Shown here: piece after piece, positions 26,201-34,297 of the stretch
Numbering within the stretch: position 1 is the first letter of the stretch
Layout of the letters: the number at the start of each line of letters is the position of its first letter
Assembly: GCA_947084985.1 (NCBI GenBank)
Contig: CAMTUI010000026.1
Location: 508 to 64,507 of the forward strand
DNA length: 64,000 nt
Direction: 5' to 3'
Source of the DNA: Methanobacteriota archaeon
GTDB taxonomy: Archaea > Thermoplasmatota > Thermoplasmata > RBG-16-68-12
Program-made: the position numbers and the translations under genes
The notes under the pieces: generated by a model
Database searches by the model: none
What the model was told of the DNA's origin: nothing
The model's input: the letters and a program-made list of their open reading frames with translations, nothing else

Positions 26201-29200
26201 ACGAGCGGGACAATCACGCTCACATACGCAACATCACCCGATGTCGTCCAGGTTAACTTCGCATACTTCGACGGGGCATGGAACTCCATCGGTTCCGACG
26301 TCACCGTTGACGGCTCCTACGTGTGGACGCCCGGCATCCCGATCAACGGAGTGACGGTCCGCGCAACCGCCGTGGACGAGGTGGGCCTATGGGGAACCGG
26401 CGAGAGACTAGGGATTGGCAACCGCACCGTGGGCACAAACCCGCCATCAATCCAAGGGATCCCGGCCCTCCACGTTCGCGTGGGCACGGCGTACGGCCTG
26501 AACCTCAGCTTCTACGTCTCCGATCCCGACACGGGTCTCGCGTCCCTCTCGATCACGGTCGCGGATCCTGCGAACGTCACGGTCCTCGGTGGCCCCTACC
26601 CGAGCCTGACGATCACCTACGGGACATCGGGCACCTTCGTGCTCACTGTGTGGGTGTCCGACGGTATCGACACCGCCTGGGCCTTCCTCACAATCATCGC
26701 CTCCGGCGTGAGCCCGCCTGTCGTCCTCCTAAATCCTCCGGCGGTGGCCTTCGATGAGGATACGACCTCGGTCAACGGATTCGGCGTACCGGCCGGAACG
26801 TTCATCGATGATCCCGACGGGGACCCCCTCACGTTCGAGGTCCTCGGAAACCGGACGGTACACGTCCGAGTGAACGCGGGAGGGACAATCGACTTTTGGG
26901 CCGATCCGAACTGGTACGGCTCCGAAGCGATGCGACTCCGCGCAACGGATCCCACCGGCGGATTCGCGGAGACCTCCTTCATCGTCCTCGTGCGGTCCGT
27001 CAACGACGCGCCCATCCTCGCTCTGATCCCGGACCTCTCAATCGACGCAGCTGTGACATACATCCTTAACCTCGGTCCGTTCCTTTCCGACGTCGACACC
27101 CCGCTTTCCTCCGTGACCGTGACGACGGACAGCCCATACGTCACGGTGAACGGACACATCCTCACCCTGGCGTTCCCGTCCGATTGGACGAACGCCGATA
27201 TCCAAATCACCGTCTCCGATGGCTCGGCGGTCGCGCTCCAGACCGTGCGGGTGGCGTTCCGCGTCACCCCGACCTGGTGGAGCTCCCCCTACGTGCTCGC
27301 AATCCCGCCTATCGGTGTATTCGTGGTGGTAGCCATGTTTGCGCAACGCGCGCGCTGGAGGCCGACGAAGGCCTTCCTTGTGGACGAACGCGGTCGAATG
27401 ATCAGGGAATTCACCCTGGATCCCTCCTGTCAGGTCACGTACGACGAGGCCGTGCAGGCGGGCGCCTTGGAGGCCGTCGAGAAGCCGATCAAGGTGGCCA
27501 AGTACCACGCCCAGACGGTCCGTGGGGACGCCCTCGCGGTCGTCCTCCTGGCCGTCGGCCCCGTGACCGTGGAGCAGGTCGAGTTCGCGCGGGAGATGCT
27601 CGTCCAGATTCAGGACAAGTTCGAGGACACGGTGAAGTCCCGCCTCGAGGAAGCGCGGGCGTACGAGGCGGAACTCGAGGGGCAGGCGAATTCGATCGGG
27701 GAGCAGCAGGCGGCCATGGAGGGACGAGCCACGGAAATCGAATCCATGATCCAGCAGGTCGAGGTCGCGCAGTCGAAGGTCTCGACGGAGACGGCGGCTC
27801 TCGCCACGCGAGAGCAATCTCTCGAGGCCCGCGAGCGGCAGGTCGCCGAAGACCGACGGGTCGTGGACGACTTGGCACGCCAGCTCGAAGAGCTTCGCGT
27901 ATCCCTCGAAAATAGAGGCGCGAAGATCCAGGAGCAGGCCGGAGAGGTCGTTCGGAGGACGGAGGCCATCGTCGCGAGGGAGAATGCGATCGCCCCGCAC
28001 GAGGAGGCCCTCGCGAAGCGGGAGGAAGGGATCGCCGCGGCGGAAGCGGCTCTGAAGGCCCAGGCGGAACTCATGGACAGGAAGGCATCCGACTTGGCGG
28101 CCCAGGAGCACGTCCTGGCCGAGCGCGGGGCCGTTGTGACAGACGAAGAGGAGGAACTCCGTGCCGCACAACAGGCGTTCGAAGATGACCAGAAGGAAGT
28201 GCTGGATTTCCGAGCGTCGATTGACTCCCGCGTTGCGGCCGTGGAAAAAGCGGAGTCGGATATCGCATCGAATCGCAAGGAACTCGAGGACCGCGAATCG
28301 CGCATCACGCCGAAAGAAAAGGAACTTCAAGAACGGGAGTCCGCCCTACTGGACAGGGAAACGGCCATCCAGGCGGAGATCGCCAAGCGCACGAAACATC
28401 TCGAAGACCGAGAGGCCCAGCTTTCCCAGGAGGCGGAGCAGCTCCAGACAAAGAGCCAGGAGATCGAACAGAGTCTCCGATCCATCGAGACCCAGTCGAA
28501 CGAGCTGTCCGCCGAGCGAACGAGCATCGACGAAGGTCGCGCGGCTCTGGAGCGCGAACGAGCCTCCTTGGAGAGACGCATTCAGACACTGGATGCCGAG
28601 CTGCGAACGCGAAAGGAGGACCTCGACGCTCAGGCACGAGCGGTGGCGGACGGACAGCTTCAGCTCTCTCAGGACAAGCAGACGTTTGACGGGCTGAGGG
28701 GCGAGAAATCCCATTGGATCGCATCGAAGGAGATTGAGCTCGAGTCGCTGGAACAGGCCCTCTCCGAAAAGGAGGCGGCCGTCCGCTCGCAGGCCGAGCA
28801 GAACGCGCAGCAGCTCGCGGACCTGGCCGCCCGAGAGGAGACCCTCGAAATCGAGGCGGATCGGCTCGAGAAGGACCACGCCGAACTCGACGCGCGCAAG
28901 GGCGAGCTCGACAAGCTCGCGAAGAACCTCGACGCGAAGGCCGTGCAGCTTCGCGAGGAAGAGGCCCGCAAAGCGGAAGAGTACCGCACGTGGCAGGCAA
29001 CCCTAGAGTCGGAGCAGACCCTCCTGCGGCAGCAGCGGGAGACCTTCGAGAAGGAAATGTCCGACCTCCGCGACTCCTGGGCCGCCCGAATGCTCCGCAT
29101 CCAGGAGCGCGAGGAGAATGTTGCGGCGCGCGAGGAAAAGGCAGGCGAGGGCATTGAATGGGCCGCGAAGGCCGAGGAAGAAGTAACGCGCCGCGAGAAG

Positions 29201-31582
29201 GCGGTTCAGACCGCGTCCGCCGAGGCGGACCGAATGAACGCCGAGGTCGAGGCGAAACGGAAGGAGGTCGAGCAGCGAGCCTTCGAGGTGGAAGCTCGTG
29301 AACGGTCCCTGCGCGAGGAGGCGGCCACGCATGCGGATGAACTCACACGACGCGACGCGGCCTTGCGGACCGCGGAGAGTCAGCTGGCCGAGAAGCGCGC
29401 GGAAATGGAACGGAATCTGACCGCCCGGTCCCTGAAGTTGCAAGAAGCCGAGACGGACATCACCCGTAAGGGGCAAGAGAACGATGCCAAGATCGCAGAG
29501 GTGACCGGCCGGGAAGTGCGGCTCGTTTCCCTCCAGGAGTCCCTGCGGCAAGAACAGGAACGCCTCGTCCGGGAGCGAAAGGACCTCCAGATCGCAGCCG
29601 AGCAGCTGGACGCGAAGCAGGTCGAGCTGGCCCAACAGAGGCAGCGTCACGCCGAAGAGGCCGTGCGCTTCCAGGCGGAAGCGGAGTCGATCCGCCATTC
29701 CCTCGCCGCGAAGGAAGCGGACCTGCAATCGGAGCGGGAACGGCTCGAGAGGGAGTCTACATCCCTGCAGGACCGTCTCGGAGCGAAAGCGCAGGAGTTC
29801 GTGTCCCGGGAACGATCAATCTCCGCGCGCGAGGACGAACTCCGTGCGGAAGAGCAAGATCTCGAAGGCCGCATCCGAGCCATCGAATCGCGAGAACGAC
29901 AGGTCGATGCGCAGGCGGGAGAAGTCGCCGCCCAGACCGCCGCTCTGTCGAAACGACAGGCCGAGGTCGACGCGCGAGCCGCCCAACTCGAGACGATGGC
30001 GCGGAAGTTGCTCGTCGACCAGGAGGAAAAGCAGAAAGAATGGGAATCCGTGCGGACCGCCCTCAAGTCGCAGGAAGCGAAAATCAGCGCGACGGCGGAA
30101 TCGCGGATGGCACAGATCACCGAGCAGGTCACGGAACTCGAAGCTCAAGAACGGTCCCTTGCCGTGACGGCAGCCCAGCTCGAGGCGGAAACGGCGCGGC
30201 TCGCAGATGCTGCGAAGGCCCAGTCGGCGAAGGACGCGGAGGCGTCCGCGGCGATGTCGCGGGCTGAGAAGCGGTTCCAGGAGATCCAGGCCCGTGAGGC
30301 GGAAGTCCTCCAGATGCGTCAGGCGTTCGAGTCGGAGCGATCCTCTTGGGCCAGCCGGCGGGCGGAGGAACTCAAGCAGCTCGAGGCGACCCGCGATGCG
30401 GCTGCGGAGCAGACACAGAAGGCGGAGCGGCTCACCCAGGACGCGCAGCGGCGCGCTCTCCTGGCGAGCGAAGCGGAACGGGCCGCGAGGCGCCAGGCGG
30501 ATGACCTTGCGGCCTTGCATGCCGATCTGGAGACGCGCCGCGCCGATCTCGATAAGCTCGAGCGGACGCTGAAGGCTCAGAACTCCCAATACCAGGAGAC
30601 CTCGCGCGGGCTCGCCGTGAAGGAAACGGAGCTCACCGCGCGCGGGAAGGATCTCCAGGCAGAGCAGGCGCGTCTCGTCGCAGCGGAGCAGGACCTCACA
30701 TCGAAGACGGAGGGCCTGAAGGCTCGCCAAGCGAATCTGGAGCGGGAGGCGGCCCGCGTCGCGGAACTCAACGCGAACACCGAAGCGCGCAAGGCTGACG
30801 CCCAGGCGCGCGTGAGCGCCGCGGAAGCGAAGATGGCCGAGGTCGCCCAGCGTGAGCGTGTCCTCACCACGGAGCTTCAGCGGGCGGAAAACCTGATGGA
30901 AGATCTCGGGCGCAAGCAAGATGAGATTCGCGCAAAGGAGAAGACGCTCGCATCCGTCGAGGCGGACTTCGGAATGCGTAAGTCCGCGGTGGCCCAAAAG
31001 GAGGCCGAGCTGAAGGAGGGCCTGAAAGTCCTCGAGTCGATGCGACGGGACCTAGAGGCCCGGCTCGGGGCCATCGACCAGGACCGCTCGGCGGCTGCGA
31101 CGGCTCGCGAAGAGGCCGTGGCCCTGAAGGCCGAGGCGGACCGGGCGAAGGCACAGGTCGAGACGATGGGGAAGGAGGTCGCCAAGAACATGAGGTTCCT
31201 CCAGAAGAAGGCCGTCGACGTCCTCGACCGCGAGGAGAAGGTCCGCGATCTCGAGCAGAACGCGCAGGAACGGGAAAAGACGCTGGAGGCCCGCGCGGAA
31301 ATCCTCGAGGCAAAGGAGAAGGCGATCGAGGAGGAGCGCACCCAGATGGTCGCCAAGATGGAACGGCTCCAGTCCGAGATCGACCGGTTCAAGGGGAAGC
31401 TCTCCGATGCTGAAAAGGCCGCGAAGCCGACCGCCGAGATGGAAGACTGGAAGAAGGACATCGACAACCGCGTGAAGATCATCCAGCGGAAGGCGATGGA
31501 CCTCCTGGACCGCGAGGAGAAGCTCCGGAAGAGGGAGGAAGAGCTCCAGGCGCTCGCACAGCAGCTCGGCGTGAAGCCCTAA
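23264..31582 (+). CDS. Giant single-pass membrane protein (2772 aa): secreted multi-domain ectodomain, one TM helix, cytoplasmic alpha/beta domain and very long coiled coil (paralogue C)
   Basis: This is an uninterrupted 8.3-kb ORF with a signal peptide 'MRPALAVTLVLALIASVLAAPLIVAHPASA'. It carries a DNRLRE-like module ('ADTNRGADASM...ILQFSLSAIPAGALIDDAKLSLY...VTAAWNEGQVTWNN'), a ConA/LamG-like module ('DEFAGSSLDPKWTW...') and Ig-like and cadherin-like ('SVNDAPIL') repeats. The TM segment is 'SPYVLAIPPIGVFVVVAMFA', followed by 'QRARWR'. Confidence 0.85.
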   Translation: MRPALAVTLVLALIASVLAAPLIVAHPASADPWPTNNGDGTSVVLWNFTNPSDYALTDAEVIGGSAALKRQLGWWNSTSAADFTGPDSATNANWTRWPGDVVMDSVAGPSTLVTIQPDGATGLDAYLDRGNADTNRGADASMVFEPRGSTTRRPILQFSLSAIPAGALIDDAKLSLYMSGAAANSPVAEVHSVTAAWNEGQVTWNNRLTATPWGSAGGDFVAHVVDQLSLNASLGWKTWNVTQLVDLWYRGRLSSNGLILTGPTTGPNFDKTFWSSDYAVDPSLRPKLEVRYRVIGAAGEYVSRVGGPGSLVAWDSISWNMTERSFATDEFAGSSLDPKWTWTNPPTSYDVGTTTPGSLHAVSTTGGDLDGATFSGNVLANEVAGDFTAIAMISGDPTVSGQKHGLMVLLNSRNWYAIQKVNASGSVNWQAKSTADAATVIRANVASGNPVPAWYRIGRSGNTFTASTSSDGVSWTTRDTYTPAFEYPLEVRIAVFLTDGLSGTAHTVDADYVRVNISNDATVAVSTRTGNTSTVDASWSAWSAPYPAPSGSPMSGRTNYAQFRLTLSVAYPDHTPNIGDVNISWTTYPASGTVETADFAPGDLAEWDTFDAVHTLNGQTVAYAYSTDSGGNWTPLTPPQFLLGVSTASGTIRFRATLSTASATLTPVVREMRLTYRHMLDHFYVTASSTATAGASFSMTVTAKDAGNATMTWWTGTVTLDAVLPDGVTPASGVLGVTSLAISAGGTATLTTETYTKAEVIRIRASLGTVSGLSGPIDVSPGSLNRIAVTPNDVTLLPFDGQILTATGYDAWNNVISVLPFGWSVTGGVGSLNLSTGPSVNFTASPPPANGIVEASVGAIVGIAQIHVVSGIRPWVTISAPASGDHLTGAASVDYTNSSDAVSIRFEYDDGSGWTLIGMTVTLNGTFLWDTTGLDFAGGSLRAIVTNNRATTNTTTVTPIEVDNTPPTITVGSAVDSQSTSGTITLTYATSPDVVQVNFAYFDGAWNSIGSDVTVDGSYVWTPGIPINGVTVRATAVDEVGLWGTGERLGIGNRTVGTNPPSIQGIPALHVRVGTAYGLNLSFYVSDPDTGLASLSITVADPANVTVLGGPYPSLTITYGTSGTFVLTVWVSDGIDTAWAFLTIIASGVSPPVVLLNPPAVAFDEDTTSVNGFGVPAGTFIDDPDGDPLTFEVLGNRTVHVRVNAGGTIDFWADPNWYGSEAMRLRATDPTGGFAETSFIVLVRSVNDAPILALIPDLSIDAAVTYILNLGPFLSDVDTPLSSVTVTTDSPYVTVNGHILTLAFPSDWTNADIQITVSDGSAVALQTVRVAFRVTPTWWSSPYVLAIPPIGVFVVVAMFAQRARWRPTKAFLVDERGRMIREFTLDPSCQVTYDEAVQAGALEAVEKPIKVAKYHAQTVRGDALAVVLLAVGPVTVEQVEFAREMLVQIQDKFEDTVKSRLEEARAYEAELEGQANSIGEQQAAMEGRATEIESMIQQVEVAQSKVSTETAALATREQSLEARERQVAEDRRVVDDLARQLEELRVSLENRGAKIQEQAGEVVRRTEAIVARENAIAPHEEALAKREEGIAAAEAALKAQAELMDRKASDLAAQEHVLAERGAVVTDEEEELRAAQQAFEDDQKEVLDFRASIDSRVAAVEKAESDIASNRKELEDRESRITPKEKELQERESALLDRETAIQAEIAKRTKHLEDREAQLSQEAEQLQTKSQEIEQSLRSIETQSNELSAERTSIDEGRAALERERASLERRIQTLDAELRTRKEDLDAQARAVADGQLQLSQDKQTFDGLRGEKSHWIASKEIELESLEQALSEKEAAVRSQAEQNAQQLADLAAREETLEIEADRLEKDHAELDARKGELDKLAKNLDAKAVQLREEEARKAEEYRTWQATLESEQTLLRQQRETFEKEMSDLRDSWAARMLRIQEREENVAAREEKAGEGIEWAAKAEEEVTRREKAVQTASAEADRMNAEVEAKRKEVEQRAFEVEARERSLREEAATHADELTRRDAALRTAESQLAEKRAEMERNLTARSLKLQEAETDITRKGQENDAKIAEVTGREVRLVSLQESLRQEQERLVRERKDLQIAAEQLDAKQVELAQQRQRHAEEAVRFQAEAESIRHSLAAKEADLQSERERLERESTSLQDRLGAKAQEFVSRERSISAREDELRAEEQDLEGRIRAIESRERQVDAQAGEVAAQTAALSKRQAEVDARAAQLETMARKLLVDQEEKQKEWESVRTALKSQEAKISATAESRMAQITEQVTELEAQERSLAVTAAQLEAETARLADAAKAQSAKDAEASAAMSRAEKRFQEIQAREAEVLQMRQAFESERSSWASRRAEELKQLEATRDAAAEQTQKAERLTQDAQRRALLASEAERAARRQADDLAALHADLETRRADLDKLERTLKAQNSQYQETSRGLAVKETELTARGKDLQAEQARLVAAEQDLTSKTEGLKARQANLEREAARVAELNANTEARKADAQARVSAAEAKMAEVAQRERVLTTELQRAENLMEDLGRKQDEIRAKEKTLASVEADFGMRKSAVAQKEAELKEGLKVLESMRRDLEARLGAIDQDRSAAATAREEAVALKAEADRAKAQVETMGKEVAKNMRFLQKKAVDVLDREEKVRDLEQNAQEREKTLEARAEILEAKEKAIEEERTQMVAKMERLQSEIDRFKGKLSDAEKAAKPTAEMEDWKKDIDNRVKIIQRKAMDLLDREEKLRKREEELQALAQQLGVKP
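27284..27343 (+). other. Predicted transmembrane helix of the giant protein (aa 1341-1360)
   Basis: This is the only long hydrophobic stretch after the signal peptide. The positive cluster RARWRPTK on its C-terminal side suggests the C-terminus is cytoplasmic. Confidence 0.7.
27629..31579 (+). repeat. Region encoding about 1317 aa of low-complexity E/A/R/K/Q/L coiled coil
   Basis: Heptad-like, almost Pro/Gly-free sequence with recurring 'xRExxL' units (for example 'DRESRITPKEKELQERESALLDRETAIQ'). I saw no exact nucleotide tandem repeats. The region generates long spurious antisense ORFs. Confidence 0.75.
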
Positions 31583-31629
31583 TCCGCACCCGCCGGGAGC
31601 CGGCGCAAAGGGCATATCCCGCACACGCC

Positions 31630-32106
31630 TTGCCCGGCCCAGGGAGAGAGATGATAGACCGCCGAGTCATCGAGACGCCGCTCGGGGGCGTCGAAGTCTT
31701 CACGGAAGACGGACGGCTGAAGGCCTTGAACCTCACACGGGCGCGACCCACACCGGCCGCGGACCGCGAGCTGATCGTCCGCGAAATTCAGCGGTACTTC
31801 GCTGGGGAACCCGTCCGATTCGAGAACCTGCCGCTCGATCTGAGCGATTCCACGGAGTTCGAGAAGAAAGTCTACGAGGCCACGCGGGCAATTCCGTTCG
31901 GCAATGTGGCCACATACGGCCAAATCGCGAAGGCGATCGGAAAACCGAAGGCCGCTCGGGCCGTTGGACAGGCTCTCGGGAACAACCCGATTGCAATCGT
32001 AATCCCGTGCCATCGGGTCGTTGCTTCGGACGGCGGCCTCGGGGGCTTCACGGGCGGACTGCACTGGAAGAGGAAGCTCCTCCGGCACGAGGGCGTGTTG
32101 CACTAG
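31630..32106 (+). CDS. ogt: Methylated-DNA--protein-cysteine methyltransferase
   Basis: Contains the active-site motif 'IVIPCHRVV' and 'ATYGQIAKAIGKPKAARAVGQALGNNP'. Confidence 0.9.
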   Translation: MPGPGREMIDRRVIETPLGGVEVFTEDGRLKALNLTRARPTPAADRELIVREIQRYFAGEPVRFENLPLDLSDSTEFEKKVYEATRAIPFGNVATYGQIAKAIGKPKAARAVGQALGNNPIAIVIPCHRVVASDGGLGGFTGGLHWKRKLLRHEGVLH

Positions 32107-32115
32107 CCGTGCGCG

Positions 32116-32720
32116 TCATCGTCGCGTCGCCTTTCGCATCGCCCGGTCGAAGTCCTCGAAGAGATCGTCGATGTCCTCGAGGCCTACGCTCACGTGCACG
32201 AGGCCTTCCGTGACCCCGCTCACGCGTCGCTCCTCGTCCGTCAAGGGTCCGTGAGTCATCGACGCGGGATGCTTGACTAGGGTCTCGACGCCGCCGAGGC
32301 TCACCGCGAGGGTGGCTACATCGACGGACTCGACGAACCGTTTCCCGGCGCGGTAGCCGCCCTTCAGCTCGAAGCTCACCATCGCGCCGAGGCCCGACAT
32401 CTGCTTCCGGGCGAGGGACCGCTGCGGGAACGACTTCAACCCGGGATAGTGCACGACCTTCACGGCGCGATGGTCCTCGAGGAACTCCGCAAGGGCTTGC
32501 GCGTTCGTCCCGTGAGCCACCATTCGCAGGGGCAGCGTCTTGAGTCCGCGCCGGAGCCGTTGCGACCGCGAAATCGGCACCTTGCTTCGCGGATTCTAGA
32601 ACCCAAGTCGACGTCGCGTAGATCGGCGTGACGATGGGGCGATGGCCCTTCCTCCGCCGTCCGTGGATCGCCTGCGTCTTGGGCCTCCGGCGCCGGGCCA
32701 CGGGGCCGGGCACTGCGACA
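32116..32720 (-). pseudogene. Cys/Met-metabolism PLP enzyme (cystathionine gamma-synthase/O-acetylhomoserine sulfhydrylase family) remnant with a large internal deletion
   Basis: The N-terminal motif 'TQAIHG...PIVTPIYATSTWVLESAKQGADF' is in one frame. It joins directly (about 32565..32580, with a frame change) to the family C-terminus 'LRRGLKTLPLRMVAHGTNAQALAEFL...SLGGVETLVKHPASMTH...VSVGLEDIDDL'. The PLP-lysine core is missing. Confidence 0.6.
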
Positions 32721-32880
32721 ACGACGTAATACGTTTCGCGAGGCCGCGGGCGATCGATCTGGACGCGCCGCGGCCCTCCCGAGTGAATTAAAACCGGAAA
32801 GGTCAAAAAGGGGACCCGCATTCGAGCCATTGCTCGGCCCCCGATCAAGGGCCGGGCCAAACGCCCTAGGAGGCGACCGG

Positions 32881-33309
32881 ATGTCGCGAGAAGTGGACTT
32901 CGCAGCCAAGCCGATCGATCCGGACTTCATGAACAAGCCCGACGAGTATCCGGAGACAGGCACCCATTTCGGTCATAAGGTCTTCGCCGAGGGCAAGGAA
33001 CGGCCGGACGCCGACGGCAACCCCTACCCCACGAAGTTGGGGATCCACGGTACCCACGTCGCTGTCGACTTCGACGGATGCATCGCAGACGGCGTCTGCA
33101 TGGACGTCTGTCCGGTCGACGTGTTCGAGTGGGAATTGGCGCCGGGAAAGAAGGGGACCGGGAATGATATCGGGCCCCTCGACCACAACAGCGAGGAGTG
33201 GCAGAAGTACCGGACGGACAAGTCCGATCCGATCCGGGAGTCGGACTGCATCGACTGCATGGCATGCGAGACGGCCTGCCCAACGAAAGTCATCAAGATT
33301 TCTCCATGA
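32881..33309 (+). CDS. Dicluster ferredoxin with N-terminal extension (archaeal zinc-containing ferredoxin type)
   Basis: Contains 'CIADGVCMDVCP' and 'CIDCMACETACP'. I chose ATG 32881, which is preceded by AGGAGG 7 nt upstream. Confidence 0.85.
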   Translation: MSREVDFAAKPIDPDFMNKPDEYPETGTHFGHKVFAEGKERPDADGNPYPTKLGIHGTHVAVDFDGCIADGVCMDVCPVDVFEWELAPGKKGTGNDIGPLDHNSEEWQKYRTDKSDPIRESDCIDCMACETACPTKVIKISP

Positions 33310-34282
33310 GTCCTCCTCCCCTTCGATTTCTGGCGTCCACAGGATAGCGGACCATCTCAGTCCTTCTGCGGCGTGGCGCGGTCGCCTTCCGCCCGAGAGA
33401 CCGAATCCGCGCGACGAACCCGGCCAGCAGGTCCGGACGTCGGTAGATCGCGATCACGAGGGGCAGGGCGACCGCGAGGTACGCGACGTGCGCGATGACC
33501 CGAGCCCACTCTGGGTTCTGGGAATATCCCAAGAGCACCGCGAAGACGGAGCCGACGTACCCCTTGTGGTGGAGAGGGTCGGGCGGGGTCGTGGCGTCGC
33601 CGCCGAACAGCCCGAGGTTGTACGCCGGTGTGGCCCACCATCCCAGGTCGTAAGCGCCCGTCTCGCCGCCGTACTCGATCAGCTCGTGGACGCCGTATCC
33701 GAGCAAGCCGCCTGCGACGAGGATGAGGAGGATGCTCGTGAAGTAGAAGAACCGGCGGAGGTCCAGCTTGATCCCGACGCGGAAGATCGCGTACGCGAGG
33801 CCGACGCCCGCGCCGATGCCGAGAGCCGCGCCGAGGAGCGTCATCCCGACTTCCTGCACGAGGAAAGGCGTCAGGAACAGGACGGTCTCGAGGCCCTCCC
33901 GGAATACGAGCACGAACGTCACGGACGATAGCCCGAGAATCGCGCCCTGGGTCACCGCGGCCTCGACCCGGGTCTCCACCTCGCGCTTGAGCGTCCGGCC
34001 CTTTGCGGCCATCCAGTAGATCATCGACGTGAGCACGGCGACCGCGATCAGGGCCGCGACGCCCTCGAAGAGAAACCGCTGGGAATCTGAGAGGGCACCG
34101 TAGGCGAGCCAGACCGCGGCCCCGAGGCCGAAGCTTGCGGCGATCGCCCCGTAAATGCCGTACCAGGCGTACCGGACCATGTTCTCTCGTCCCGTGCGGA
34201 CAAGGAAGGCGAGGATAATCGCAGAGAGCAAGGCGGCCTCCAACACTTCCCGGAACGTCAGGAGGTACTGGGCGACGACCAT
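33293..34282 (-). CDS. FTR1/EfeU-family high-affinity iron permease
   Basis: Two REXLE-type motifs ('FREVLEAALL' and 'FREGLETVLF') sit in a polytopic membrane protein. Confidence 0.85.
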   Translation of the reverse strand: MVVAQYLLTFREVLEAALLSAIILAFLVRTGRENMVRYAWYGIYGAIAASFGLGAAVWLAYGALSDSQRFLFEGVAALIAVAVLTSMIYWMAAKGRTLKREVETRVEAAVTQGAILGLSSVTFVLVFREGLETVLFLTPFLVQEVGMTLLGAALGIGAGVGLAYAIFRVGIKLDLRRFFYFTSILLILVAGGLLGYGVHELIEYGGETGAYDLGWWATPAYNLGLFGGDATTPPDPLHHKGYVGSVFAVLLGYSQNPEWARVIAHVAYLAVALPLVIAIYRRPDLLAGFVARIRSLGRKATAPRRRRTEMVRYPVDARNRRGGGLMEKS

Positions 34283-34297
34283 GGGATTCCTTCGCGG

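Noticed and set aside
27629-31579. The periodic, repetitive-looking region could be mistaken for a CRISPR array or a satellite.
   Set aside because: There are no exact direct repeats with unique spacers. The periodicity is at the amino-acid (heptad) level within one continuous ORF.
27038-31624. Many long antisense or off-frame ORFs inside the giant gene, for example 27038..28330, 29816..30997 and 29003..29728. The same pattern occurs inside paralogue B (21414..22871).
   Set aside because: They are generated by the GAG/GCG/CGC-rich coiled-coil coding sequence. Their translations are Arg/Pro/Leu/Gly low-complexity, and the sense ORF is uninterrupted for 8.3 kb.
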